A stretch of DNA of 29,810 nt. It comes from Acidobacteriota bacterium. Its GTDB lineage: Bacteria; Acidobacteriota; Vicinamibacteria; Vicinamibacterales; UBA8438. The notes below the pieces were generated by a model, which was given only the letters and a program-made list of their open reading frames with translations, searched no databases and was not told the DNA's origin. How positions within the stretch are numbered: position 1 is the stretch's first letter; the number at the start of each line of letters is the position of its first letter. Made by a program: the position numbers and the translations under genes. Below, piece by piece: positions 15,603 through 24,377 of the stretch. The stretch is taken from positions 1 through 29,810 of the forward strand of contig SXOW01000513.1 of the NCBI GenBank assembly GCA_005778315.1. The letters run 5' to 3'.

Positions 15603-17290
15603 GGTCGCTCTACCGCCGTCGGATCCCACCGCAGGTAATTGGGCACGGTCACCAGCAGATGTGCCCGCGCCCGGAGTGGGCCTTCGGACCCGGCATAGGT
15701 GCCCACCACCCACACGTCGCCGACATTGTTCCGATTCCCGCTGCGCTCGACATTCGGACCGTCTTCCGCAGGCGTAAACCGGCCCTGGCCGTCGATCGCG
15801 CCGACATACCTGCGGTCGTCATCCCCGAACGTCGTGGCGTACTCCTCCACGGTCCAGGTGACGTCGACGAGCCCGAGATCGAGATCGTCAGCCGTCTCCG
15901 CCTCGCCGTCCGGGCCATCGTGAAACGCACGCGCTTCGAATTGCTGGAACTGCTTCGGCACCCGCACCCCGCCGACACGCGCCATGCCCGCGTCCGGTGT
16001 GACGGCAATCCGGGACACGGTGTCGTAGACGGTGAGCGCATCGGCGAGCGCAGCCTGACCAAGGTAGAGATCCCGACGCCCGACGGCCGCATCTGCACCG
16101 ACACGTATCTCGGCCGTCACGAGATCAGGCGACGCGCTGGAGAGCCGTAGCACCTCCAGGCCCGGACCGAGATCCAAGTCTCCCGCAACCGCTGTCGCCA
16201 GATTCCCACCATGCAGCTGCAGCGAGGCCGTCTGCCCCACCTGGACCGCGGCCGGGTAGACCCCGGTGACAAGGGGGGCCGCCCCAACCCGACTCAGCGC
16301 CACATCAAGGCCGATCTCGTCGTAGCCACCCGTAAACCAGCGCCCGCGCATGGCCTGCCAGTCGCGGTCGACAAACATGACTTCGCGGAGCCCGTCGGGA
16401 TCGGCCGCAGTGGCCTCAGCAGCGCCTTCGAATGAGCGTCCCCGCCATTGGAAACCGGTGTAGACCACCGCGCGCCCCGTCCGCTCCACCTGCCGGCCGG
16501 TACGCGCGTAGACGTATCGGGTCTGGGTCGTAAATTCGTCGTCGGCACCGGGCAGGGCGGCGATGGTGACCTGACCATGTACGGCCCCGAGCCCCGGTGC
16601 ATGGCCCGTCAGCGCCCACGTGCCCGCGATTCTGGGCGGGCGCATCGTGGCTGACCAGGCAGACCACTCCGGCGAGTCCAGCGGAAAACGCTCGGTCAGA
16701 TGCGTGACGGCGTAGTCGACGGGCTGAGGCTCGTCGCTCTCACCTGACCGACGAAACGCCTGGAAGTCGGTAAAGGGGTAATACCCTTGATGCATGGCCG
16801 TGACGAGTCGCCACTCCTCGGCGGTCCGGCGCTGGCTCATGATCCGCCCCATCGAATGGCAGGTGGTGCAGGTCTGGTGAACGTCAGCGTCCTCGTAGGG
16901 CTGGTCGTCGGTGCGCCGCTCGGCTTCGAACGCGGCTGGTATCGCCTCTTCAGGCGCCAATCCAAGATTGTTGGCGAGGTAGCGCACGACCTCGCGCGCC
17001 ACCTCCGGCGTGATCGCCACCTCATTCAACATCACCATCCGACGGATGGTCTGCTGCCACCCCTCGGGGGTGGTGCGGCGGAAAGATATTCGGGACAAGC
17101 GCCCCTGGTCGTCCGCACGGTGGCAGGACCCGCAGGCCTGGCGCACGGCCTCGTCGGCGATCGGGATACCGCTATCAGCGGCGTCCGCGGCTGGCTGCGC
17201 TCCCGCCAGGGCCGGTGCGGTCACGGCCAGAGTGAGGGCGGCCCCGGTCAACAGCCGGCGAACGGCGGACATGAGGGGTAGCAGGCGCAT
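15599..17290 (-). CDS. qhpA: Quinohemoprotein amine dehydrogenase alpha subunit (dihaem c)
   Basis: Signal peptide, CGSCH followed by RISFRRTTPEGWQQTIRRM, CTTCH followed by QRRTAEEW..MH, PRIAGTWALTGH, C-terminal FEARAF..GNRNNVGDVWV..LLVTVPNYLRW. Confidence 0.95.
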   Translation of the reverse strand: MRLLPLMSAVRRLLTGAALTLAVTAPALAGAQPAADAADSGIPIADEAVRQACGSCHRADDQGRLSRISFRRTTPEGWQQTIRRMVMLNEVAITPEVAREVVRYLANNLGLAPEEAIPAAFEAERRTDDQPYEDADVHQTCTTCHSMGRIMSQRRTAEEWRLVTAMHQGYYPFTDFQAFRRSGESDEPQPVDYAVTHLTERFPLDSPEWSAWSATMRPPRIAGTWALTGHAPGLGAVHGQVTIAALPGADDEFTTQTRYVYARTGRQVERTGRAVVYTGFQWRGRSFEGAAEATAADPDGLREVMFVDRDWQAMRGRWFTGGYDEIGLDVALSRVGAAPLVTGVYPAAVQVGQTASLQLHGGNLATAVAGDLDLGPGLEVLRLSSASPDLVTAEIRVGADAAVGRRDLYLGQAALADALTVYDTVSRIAVTPDAGMARVGGVRVPKQFQQFEARAFHDGPDGEAETADDLDLGLVDVTWTVEEYATTFGDDDRRYVGAIDGQGRFTPAEDGPNVERSGNRNNVGDVWVVGTYAGSEGPLRARAHLLVTVPNYLRWDPTAVERP

Positions 17291-17349
17291 AGGCGACGCG
17301 TCAGGTCCGTGCGTGAGCCCTTTGTAGCACAGGTCGGGGGTGAGCGTCT

Positions 17350-18888
17350 CTACAAACCGCCCGTCTCATGCACCAGCACACCCTTGGCGACCAACACCGA
17401 CAGCGCGCCCAGAAAGTCGGGCAGACTGACGGGCGGACAACACCGGATATACGCCTCGAACAGGTCCGGCACCTGCTCGTGGTCCGGCGCCAGCGCCACG
17501 AGACGCACCAGGTCGATGTCGCGCAGGAATCGGATCCCCCTCCCATTCAAGGGCCAGGTCGGCAGCACAAGCCGATCTTCGAGCACCACCTCTCGCTCCC
17601 GCAACGCCGGTTTCGCTTCCATCCGCACCTGATCGCCACGTCGCAACCTGATCCGGGGGGCCCGGCGCAGCCCATCGAACGCAGCGAGCACGCCGGGGTC
17701 GTCGCGCAGCGAGGCCACGTCCAGATCCGCGGACGGACCACGGTCATCCACGACCTCCCCCACACCCGCGCGTCCAGTCCAGAACGGGTGCACGTGGCGT
17801 TCGGCTGCCTCCGCGAAGAACGTCGATGCCTGCGTGACCGACGCCGCGTGAATCTCCTGCTCTCGCGCCGTGAACAGGTCTAGCGCCACACCGGCAAGCG
17901 AGGCGTTGGTCAGCGACGTATGCACGACGACCGCGGCCAGCCAGGCTGATGCCAGCGCCTTCTTGACGCCGTACGACGACAGCGGGTCGATGAAGGAGGC
18001 GGCATCCCCGACCAGCAGCACGCCGGGACCCCCGCCGGCATGCGCGTGATACAAGGACGCGTCGCACCCCCTCGGCGGGTTCGCGCGGGTCGCGTCCCGA
18101 AGGAGCCCTCGGAGCGCTACCGTCTTGGCCACCTCTCGTTCGTATCGGGACAGCAGCGCCCGGGCGCCGCCCATGTCAGTCGTTCGTGGGTCCACCATGA
18201 CCGTGACGTACCGTTGAGAGCGCGTCACCGGAACCGACCATGCCCAGCCGTCCGCATAGGTCTCGACCACGGTGTGGCTGGGGTCGGGCAGTCCCCAGCC
18301 GCCATCTCGGGTCCATGTCGCTGCGAGTGCGAGCGTGGCACCGGCAGGGTCGGCAACCCGGTAGCCGCGTCGGGCCACGACCCCGGCCCGACCGGAGCAG
18401 TCGAGCACAAATGCGGTCGCCACCGTATGGCGCTGCTGGTCGCGGGTGACATAGTCGACCGTGGACACAGAGGGCCCGGGACGACCACTGGCCGCCGCGA
18501 GCCGCACGTCCCGCACAGACGCGTCGGGCACGATCTCCGCCCCCGCGGCGCCCGCGAGCCGCAGGAGCAGGGCATCGAACTCACGGCGTTCGACTTGCCA
18601 GCCGGCGGTGCCGCTGGCAAAGGCGGCCGTGCGCGTCGCCTCTTCACCCCACCACACCGTATTTCCGGTACACCGCAGGAACCCGGCCGCATTGATGGCC
18701 TGAGTGACGCCCAGCAGATCGAACAGCCGCTCGCAACTGGGCGGAAGGGATTCGCCGAGCGACCGGGACGGATCAGCGGCGCGGGTGACCACCCGCACCG
18801 AGTGCCCCCACAGGGACAGGAGACGCGCAGCGGCCGCCCCGGCCGGTCCACCACCGATCACGACCGCGTCGAACGGTTCCCTCACCAC
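17350..18888 (-). CDS. qhpG: FAD-dependent monooxygenase (tryptophan-halogenase-like fold) of QHNDH biogenesis
   Basis: DAVVIGGGPAG, GESLPP, WQVERREFD, DCSGR, GWAWSVP, VGDAASFIDPLSSYGV; immediately upstream of qhpA. GTG 18888 chosen as start (CACAAT 6 nt upstream); ORF track gives 18930. Confidence 0.85.
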   Translation of the reverse strand: MVREPFDAVVIGGGPAGAAAARLLSLWGHSVRVVTRAADPSRSLGESLPPSCERLFDLLGVTQAINAAGFLRCTGNTVWWGEEATRTAAFASGTAGWQVERREFDALLLRLAGAAGAEIVPDASVRDVRLAAASGRPGPSVSTVDYVTRDQQRHTVATAFVLDCSGRAGVVARRGYRVADPAGATLALAATWTRDGGWGLPDPSHTVVETYADGWAWSVPVTRSQRYVTVMVDPRTTDMGGARALLSRYEREVAKTVALRGLLRDATRANPPRGCDASLYHAHAGGGPGVLLVGDAASFIDPLSSYGVKKALASAWLAAVVVHTSLTNASLAGVALDLFTAREQEIHAASVTQASTFFAEAAERHVHPFWTGRAGVGEVVDDRGPSADLDVASLRDDPGVLAAFDGLRRAPRIRLRRGDQVRMEAKPALREREVVLEDRLVLPTWPLNGRGIRFLRDIDLVRLVALAPDHEQVPDLFEAYIRCCPPVSLPDFLGALSVLVAKGVLVHETGGL

Positions 18889-18940
18889 CCGCGCATTGTG
18901 CCCTGTGTGCTGCGGCCAAACCAGCTGCACGGGTTTCCAC

Positions 18941-18946
18941 TACAAT
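18941..18946 (+). promoter_or_regulatory. Putative -10 box (TACAAT) for qhpFE in the divergent qhpG/qhpF spacer
   Basis: Near-consensus hexamer 46 nt upstream of TTG 18993; no clear -35. Confidence 0.4.
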
Positions 18947-18992
18947 CCCCTCCGACCACCTGGCACACTCTTGAGCCGATCGGATCTATCTA

Positions 18993-20735
18993 TTGATCGA
19001 TCCACACTTTCGCCGCGCGCTGACCTACTTGACCCCGTACTGGGGTCGGTTGACCCTGGTTCTGGGGCTCAGCCTTGTCTCAACGGCGGCGTCGCTCCTC
19101 GTTCCCCTCCTCTCCCGATGGCTCGTCGACGACGCCATTCTCGGCGGCGACCGTGGCGCACTCCGAACCGTCGTGGTCTCGTTTGTCGGGGTCACCGCGC
19201 TCGGATTCGGGCTCAACGTCTGGAGCGGGCTCCGGTACACGCGGGTGTCCGCGGACATCCTCTTCGATATGCGGCTGGCGCTCTACCGCCACCTGCAGAC
19301 ACTCTCGCCGCGCTTCTACGCCCGAACCCGGTTTGGCGACATCATGTCGCGCCTCAATACCGATATCGGGGAGATTCAGCGGGTCGCGGCTGAGGTCGTC
19401 CTGGCGTGGGTGGGCAACGTCCTCTTCCTGGTCGGGGCGGTCGGCATGCTCGCGGTGCTCGACCTGCGACTCTTCCTGGTCGGGGTCGCCCTGTTGCCGG
19501 TCAGCGTGTGGGCGCTTGTGCACTATCGGCGTCGTCTCGAAGGTCGCGTGGCCACACTCCGTGACCGGAGCGCGGATATTGGCAGTTTCCTCATCGAGAC
19601 ACTCCAGGCCGTCAAGCTGGTGGTCACCGCGAACGCCCAGGAGCGCGAGGTCCGTCGATTCAAAGAGCGCAACGCCGAGTTCATTGACGCGTTGATGGCC
19701 ATGCAGTGGACCAGCTATCTCTCGGGAGGCCTGCCGGGTGCGGTGCTCTCAGGCAGTTCCGCGCTGGTGTTTTTCTACGGTGGTCTACGGGTCATCGACG
19801 ACACCCTCACGCTCGGGACGCTGGTGGCGTTCATGGCGTACCAGATGCGATTGTTCGGGCCGGTCCAGGCCCTCATGGGGCTCTACACGAGCCTGGCGAC
19901 GGTTCGAGTCTCGCTGCGGCGGGTCCACGAGATTCTGGACGTTGCGCCGGAAGTGGTCGACCCCGCCACGCCGACCGTGCTCTCGTCGGTGCGTGGTGAG
20001 GTGCAGCTGGACGACGTCAGCCTCTCGTTCGACCGTGGCGCGCCCGTGCTGGAACATGTGAGCGTCCGCGTCGCGCCCGGTGAGTGCCTGGCGATAGTGG
20101 GTCCGAGCGGAGGCGGCAAGAGCACGGTCGCGGACCTCGTGTTGCGTCTCGTCGACCCCGACGACGGATGTGTGCGGCTGGACGGGCACGACCTGCGGAC
20201 CCTGCGGCTGTCAGACCTCCGGTCCCACATCGCGTTGGTGGACCAGGAACCGTCGATGTTTCATGCGTCGGTCGCAGACAACATCCGCTACGCACGGCCC
20301 GACGCGACGGACGCGGCACTGCACGCAGCGGTGCAGGCCGCCGGGCTGGAGGCGTTCATCGCGAGGTTGCCAGACGGCCTGGACACGACGGTGGGGGAAC
20401 GGGGTGCCGCCTTCTCCGCCGGAGAGCGGCAGCGGGTCGCGGTAGCCAGAGCGTTGCTGGCCGACCCCGCAGTACTCGTACTCGACGAAGCAACCGCAGC
20501 GCTCGACCCGGAGTCTGAGCGGCGGATCATCGATGGTTACGAGGCGGTGATGCGGGGGCGCACGACTATTCTCATTACCCACCGGGCGTCGGTGGCGAGG
20601 CGCGCCGACCGGGTTGTCGTGCTCGACGGCGCGCGCATTGTAGAGGCAGGGGTACCAGGTGAGCTGGTCGAGCGGCCAAGCCGCTTCGCCGACCTCTTCG
20701 CGGTCCATGCGGCTGGGAGCACCGAACAAGGATGA
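18993..20735 (+). CDS. qhpF: ABC exporter (fused TMD-NBD), probable gamma-subunit exporter
   Basis: Six-TM exporter domain, Walker A GPSGGGKS, Q-loop VDQE, signature FSAGERQR, Walker B VLVLDEAT, ITHR. The qhpF assignment comes from cluster context. Confidence 0.85.
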   Translation: MIDPHFRRALTYLTPYWGRLTLVLGLSLVSTAASLLVPLLSRWLVDDAILGGDRGALRTVVVSFVGVTALGFGLNVWSGLRYTRVSADILFDMRLALYRHLQTLSPRFYARTRFGDIMSRLNTDIGEIQRVAAEVVLAWVGNVLFLVGAVGMLAVLDLRLFLVGVALLPVSVWALVHYRRRLEGRVATLRDRSADIGSFLIETLQAVKLVVTANAQEREVRRFKERNAEFIDALMAMQWTSYLSGGLPGAVLSGSSALVFFYGGLRVIDDTLTLGTLVAFMAYQMRLFGPVQALMGLYTSLATVRVSLRRVHEILDVAPEVVDPATPTVLSSVRGEVQLDDVSLSFDRGAPVLEHVSVRVAPGECLAIVGPSGGGKSTVADLVLRLVDPDDGCVRLDGHDLRTLRLSDLRSHIALVDQEPSMFHASVADNIRYARPDATDAALHAAVQAAGLEAFIARLPDGLDTTVGERGAAFSAGERQRVAVARALLADPAVLVLDEATAALDPESERRIIDGYEAVMRGRTTILITHRASVARRADRVVVLDGARIVEAGVPGELVERPSRFADLFAVHAAGSTEQG

Positions 20736-21412
20736 CGCGCACCGTCGACCGGCCGGTCCGGGTGGCCGTGATTGACAGTGGAGTCAATCCCGCCCACCCG
20801 CACATCGGCTCGGTGGCTGGGGGCGTCGCCATCGGCCCGGACGGCTCTACCCACCCGGACTACCTCGATCGGCTCGGACACGGGACGGCGGTGGCGGCCG
20901 CAATCAAGGAACGCGCGCCGGGAGTCGACCTGCTGGCGGTCAAGGTCTTTCACCTCGAACTCAGCGCGCCGGTCGACGCCCTCGTCGCCGCCATCGCGTG
21001 GTCCGCCGCACAGCAGGCTGACCTCATCAATCTCAGTCTAGGCACCGCAAATCCCGCGCACGCGTTGGTGTTGCAGGCCTCGGTGGACGCGGCCCGCCGC
21101 GCTGGGGCCCTGCTCGTCGCGGCCGCAACCTGCGACGGCGTGGACTACCTGCCGGGCGGGCTGGCCGGGGTGGTACCGGTCGAACTCGATTGGACGGGCC
21201 CGCGGCTTGAGGTCGTCGTATCGGCGTCGGCCGGCGCCACCGCCGCATGCCGCGCGTCAGGGTACGCGAGGCCCATGCCTGGGGTATCCCCCGAAAGGAA
21301 TCTGAAGGGGATCAGTTTCGCCGTCGCGAACACCACCGGTATCCTGGCGCGGAAACTCGCGGCTGGCGGCCACGCGACCGTCGCCACCGCACTGGACGCC
21401 CTGCGCCGCTAG
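20732..21412 (+). CDS. qhpE: Minimal subtilisin-like (S8) leader peptidase
   Basis: VAVIDSGV (Asp), GHGTAVA (His), INLSLG, GISFA (Ser); no signal peptide or propeptide; ATGA overlap with qhpF. Confidence 0.85.
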   Translation: MTRTVDRPVRVAVIDSGVNPAHPHIGSVAGGVAIGPDGSTHPDYLDRLGHGTAVAAAIKERAPGVDLLAVKVFHLELSAPVDALVAAIAWSAAQQADLINLSLGTANPAHALVLQASVDAARRAGALLVAAATCDGVDYLPGGLAGVVPVELDWTGPRLEVVVSASAGATAACRASGYARPMPGVSPERNLKGISFAVANTTGILARKLAAGGHATVATALDALRR

Positions 21413-21424
21413 CGCGTAGGGTCA

Positions 21425-22288
21425 CTACCGCGCGTCGCCCGCGCCGAACAGCACGGCGATATTCGTGGCCTGGCCGTCGTCTTTCGTGGCGGTGACATTG
21501 ACGGTGCCAGCCTCGCCGGTGGCGGAGATCAGCGCGACCTGGCTCGTGCCGCTCCGGTTGCTCGATTCGGTGGCAATCGTGAAACCGTTGCCCTCAAACG
21601 CCTCTCGATAGCGCTCCACTACCTGCTGCACCGTGTCGTTCGTCGTACCGGTGAGCAGCCCCGACTGGCCCTCGGCGGTCGTGGTCAGGTACCCCACTTG
21701 CGCGTCATCGCTCCCCGGATACACGGGCACCCAGTCAGGCAGTTCGTCCAAACTGATGTTCCCACCGATGCGTGAGGAACCATCCGGTCCGCTGAACGTC
21801 ACCCCCCCGGCAGGGGCGCCATCGGCTGCGGGCGCAGCCTCGCTGGCATCGACCGAAAAGTCGCCATCGCTGGTCGTCATGCTGAACCGGCCCTCCGCGA
21901 TATCCGCGAAGTTCAAGGTCGCCTCTTCACCGGTCTCCCTGTTCCGAAACGTGATGGTGCCTGCGTCTTCGTCGGTACTCAGCAATTCCAAGTCCGGATT
22001 CATGCGAATCGCGGTCTCGGCAAGTGTCCTCGCCGGGTTGCCCTCGAGACCTTCGACAAAGTCGGACAGACTTTGCTCCCCGGTCGCTTCCTCCAGGGCA
22101 CCGCGTCCCCAGTTGAAGATCGAGACCCCCAAGACCACCATGCCGACAACCATGAGGACCAAGACGCCGCCACACCCGATGGCCGCCCACGCCCATGGTG
22201 ACAACCCCTTCTTGGCCGGTTGAGAGCCCGGTGCGGGCGGTAGCGTGCTCGGGGAACCTGGAAGAGGTGGTGGCCCGGGGTTGGACAT
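21425..22288 (-). CDS. Hypothetical membrane protein (Pro-rich N-terminus, one TM, acidic extracytoplasmic domain)
   Basis: MSNPGPPPLPG..KKGLSPWAWAAIGCGGVLVLMVVG.., LPDWVPVYPGS; GGAGA SD upstream. Confidence 0.75.
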   Translation of the reverse strand: MSNPGPPPLPGSPSTLPPAPGSQPAKKGLSPWAWAAIGCGGVLVLMVVGMVVLGVSIFNWGRGALEEATGEQSLSDFVEGLEGNPARTLAETAIRMNPDLELLSTDEDAGTITFRNRETGEEATLNFADIAEGRFSMTTSDGDFSVDASEAAPAADGAPAGGVTFSGPDGSSRIGGNISLDELPDWVPVYPGSDDAQVGYLTTTAEGQSGLLTGTTNDTVQQVVERYREAFEGNGFTIATESSNRSGTSQVALISATGEAGTVNVTATKDDGQATNIAVLFGAGDAR

Positions 22289-22377
22289 CGTCAGTTCTCC
22301 GGTGTACGAGTCAGTTTCCTACGTGACGAATCACAGGGGAGCCGACCTGTCGGCCGGCTCCTCACATGCAGTGCCCG

Positions 22378-22848
22378 CTAGTGGCCCTGTCGAGTCAGCG
22401 GAATATCGAACGCGCCGCGGGGCGTCTTGACGGAAATGGTGAACGTATCCCCAACGAGGCTGTAGCTGAGCTCGTCAAGACCGGCAACCTCGCCGTTGTT
22501 CTTGAAACTGACCGTCTTGTCGCCAATCGCGGTCAGGTTCATCACCTGGAAACCGTCGTACCGCGGCTCCATGCCGGGGTTCCATTGCTTGAGGCGCAGC
22601 ACGAGGGAATCGCCTGCTTCTTCGATGGAAATGAACTCCATCATATTCATGGTCCCGTCAGGTCCCATCCCCCTCACCAGGGAAGCGATGGAACCGCCTC
22701 TGGGCGGGGCCCAATTCTCTTCGAGGCTGTCGCTGCTGTAACGGCCAGTCATCCACGACAGGTCAGTGACCTTGGCCGACGGCCCCTGCGCCAGGGCGGG
22801 CACGGCCACGAGGAGCGTGAGAACGGACAGGACAAGCAAACGCCGCAT
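22378..22848 (-). CDS. Secreted protein, probable DUF6265 family
   Basis: Signal peptide (ALA-Q), DLSWMTGRY..EENWAPPRGGSI..MEFISIEE..LVLRLKQW; SD GAAGGGAAG before ATG 22848. Confidence 0.75.
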   Translation of the reverse strand: MRRLLVLSVLTLLVAVPALAQGPSAKVTDLSWMTGRYSSDSLEENWAPPRGGSIASLVRGMGPDGTMNMMEFISIEEAGDSLVLRLKQWNPGMEPRYDGFQVMNLTAIGDKTVSFKNNGEVAGLDELSYSLVGDTFTISVKTPRGAFDIPLTRQGH

Positions 22849-22990
22849 GGCACTTCCCTTCAGAGTGGAGGACCGAATCGAGGCGTGGTGACCCCAGAGC
22901 CCCGACAACGCGCTTCATCACGAGGATGCCCGTATCGGACACCCGACGTCAAGCGGCTCCGAGACGATGCACGTATGCGAGATCCGGCCG

Positions 22991-24322
22991 CTACACACCC
23001 GACAGAAGCGGCAGTTCGCCCGTGCTATCGCCGAAGGCCTCGACGCTGACGCCGAACTTGTCCAGCAGACTCAGGGACAGATTCGCCAGCGGAGTACCCT
23101 TCGGATAGACCAGGTGGCGATTTCCCACGAGGCCGTTCTGGCGCCCGCCGACGACCACCACCGGCACGCTGTAGTTGTTGTGCGTGTTGCCGTCGCTCAT
23201 GCCCTTGCCGTAGAGCACCACGGTACTGTCCAACAGCGTCCCGTCGCCGTCCGGAATCGCCTGCAGCTTGTCCAGGTAATAGGCGAAGGTCTCGATGTGA
23301 TAGGTGTTCAACTTCGAGAACTCTTTCATCTTCTCCGGGTTGTTGCCGTGGTGCGACATGGAGTGGTGCGCTTCCGGGAGACCGATTTCGTCGTACGAGC
23401 GGTTGACATTCTCGCGCGCCATCATGAACGTCGTCACACGGGTCACATCGGCCTGGAAGGTCAAGACCTGCAGGTCGAACATCAACTCGGCGTACTCCCT
23501 GAACGTGTCCGGTACGCCGACCGGACGTTCTGGGAGATCGAAGTCGCGATTGGTGGACTCCGCGCGGCTGATGCGCTGTTCCACGTCCCGAATGGCGCCG
23601 AGATACTCGCTGAGTTTGTCCCGATCCGACCCGCCCAGCGTCCCCGACAGCTTTGCGATTTCCCGCGAGAGGCCGTCCAGAATGCTCCGGTCTTCCTGTA
23701 CACGAATCGCCCGCGCTTCCGCCGTGTCCCCCGATCCGAACAACCGCTCGAACACGAACCGCGGATTGGTCTCCGCCGGCAGCGGCATCGTAGGCGTCTT
23801 CCACGACAACGAATTCATATAGGCGCAGGCGTAGCCATGGTCGCAGGCGCCGACCACGTCATTCCGGTCAACCGACACCTCCAGCGACGACAATTTCGAG
23901 TCGCGGCAGATCCGTGCAGCAATGAGTTGATCGAGCGTCGTCCCGGCCTCGACATCCGCGCCCTCCGTTTGCTTGGGGTGCACCGAACTCATGAAGGCGG
24001 GGGCGGCGCGGGGATGCTGACCACCGGTGTCGCCCTGGTCGGTGGCCGGGTAGTTGTCCAGCCCTGTGAACACGAGCGTCCGGTTGCGGTAGGGCTCGAG
24101 TGGAGCGAGGGTCGGTGAGAACTGAAACCCCGTGCCCTCTGTCGGTGGCGTCCAGTCGAACATGTTCGCGCCATTGCCGACGTAGATCGCGGCAAACCGC
24201 GGCGTGCCCGGGGCCCGGGCCGACAGGGCCGGCACCATCGCGTCCAGGAATGGCAGGGCCACCGTGGCGCCCACACCCCGTAGAAAGGTCCGTCGGGGCA
24301 ACGTCATCTTCGTAATCACCAT
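22991..24322 (-). CDS. DUF1552 (HXXSHH) domain protein with Tat-type signal
   Basis: LPRRTFLRGVGATVALPFLDAMVP, GACDHGYACAYMNSLSW, NPRFVFERLFG, HHSMSHH, LLDSTVVLYG..GNTH, PLANL. Start ATG 24322. Confidence 0.92.
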   Translation of the reverse strand: MVITKMTLPRRTFLRGVGATVALPFLDAMVPALSARAPGTPRFAAIYVGNGANMFDWTPPTEGTGFQFSPTLAPLEPYRNRTLVFTGLDNYPATDQGDTGGQHPRAAPAFMSSVHPKQTEGADVEAGTTLDQLIAARICRDSKLSSLEVSVDRNDVVGACDHGYACAYMNSLSWKTPTMPLPAETNPRFVFERLFGSGDTAEARAIRVQEDRSILDGLSREIAKLSGTLGGSDRDKLSEYLGAIRDVEQRISRAESTNRDFDLPERPVGVPDTFREYAELMFDLQVLTFQADVTRVTTFMMARENVNRSYDEIGLPEAHHSMSHHGNNPEKMKEFSKLNTYHIETFAYYLDKLQAIPDGDGTLLDSTVVLYGKGMSDGNTHNNYSVPVVVVGGRQNGLVGNRHLVYPKGTPLANLSLSLLDKFGVSVEAFGDSTGELPLLSGV

Positions 24323-24377
24323 GAGCAACCGCCTCTCATACTTGGCCGACAAGTCAGCCGTTCACAACCTCAGCTCC

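Noticed and set aside
18960-19006. Sigma-54-like TGGCAC and FNR-like TTGAT in the qhpG/qhpF spacer
   Set aside because: TGGCAC has no correctly spaced TTGC, and TTGAT has no ATCAA partner half-site.
12625-21424. A second precursor peptide for the radical SAM enzyme
   Set aside because: Intergenic gaps in and around the cluster are about 100 bp or less and I found no additional Cys-rich small ORF with an SD.
22336-22362. Hairpin (ggagccg..cggctcc) after the DUF6265 gene as an intrinsic terminator
   Set aside because: No U-tract, and alternative pairings are equally plausible in GC-rich DNA.
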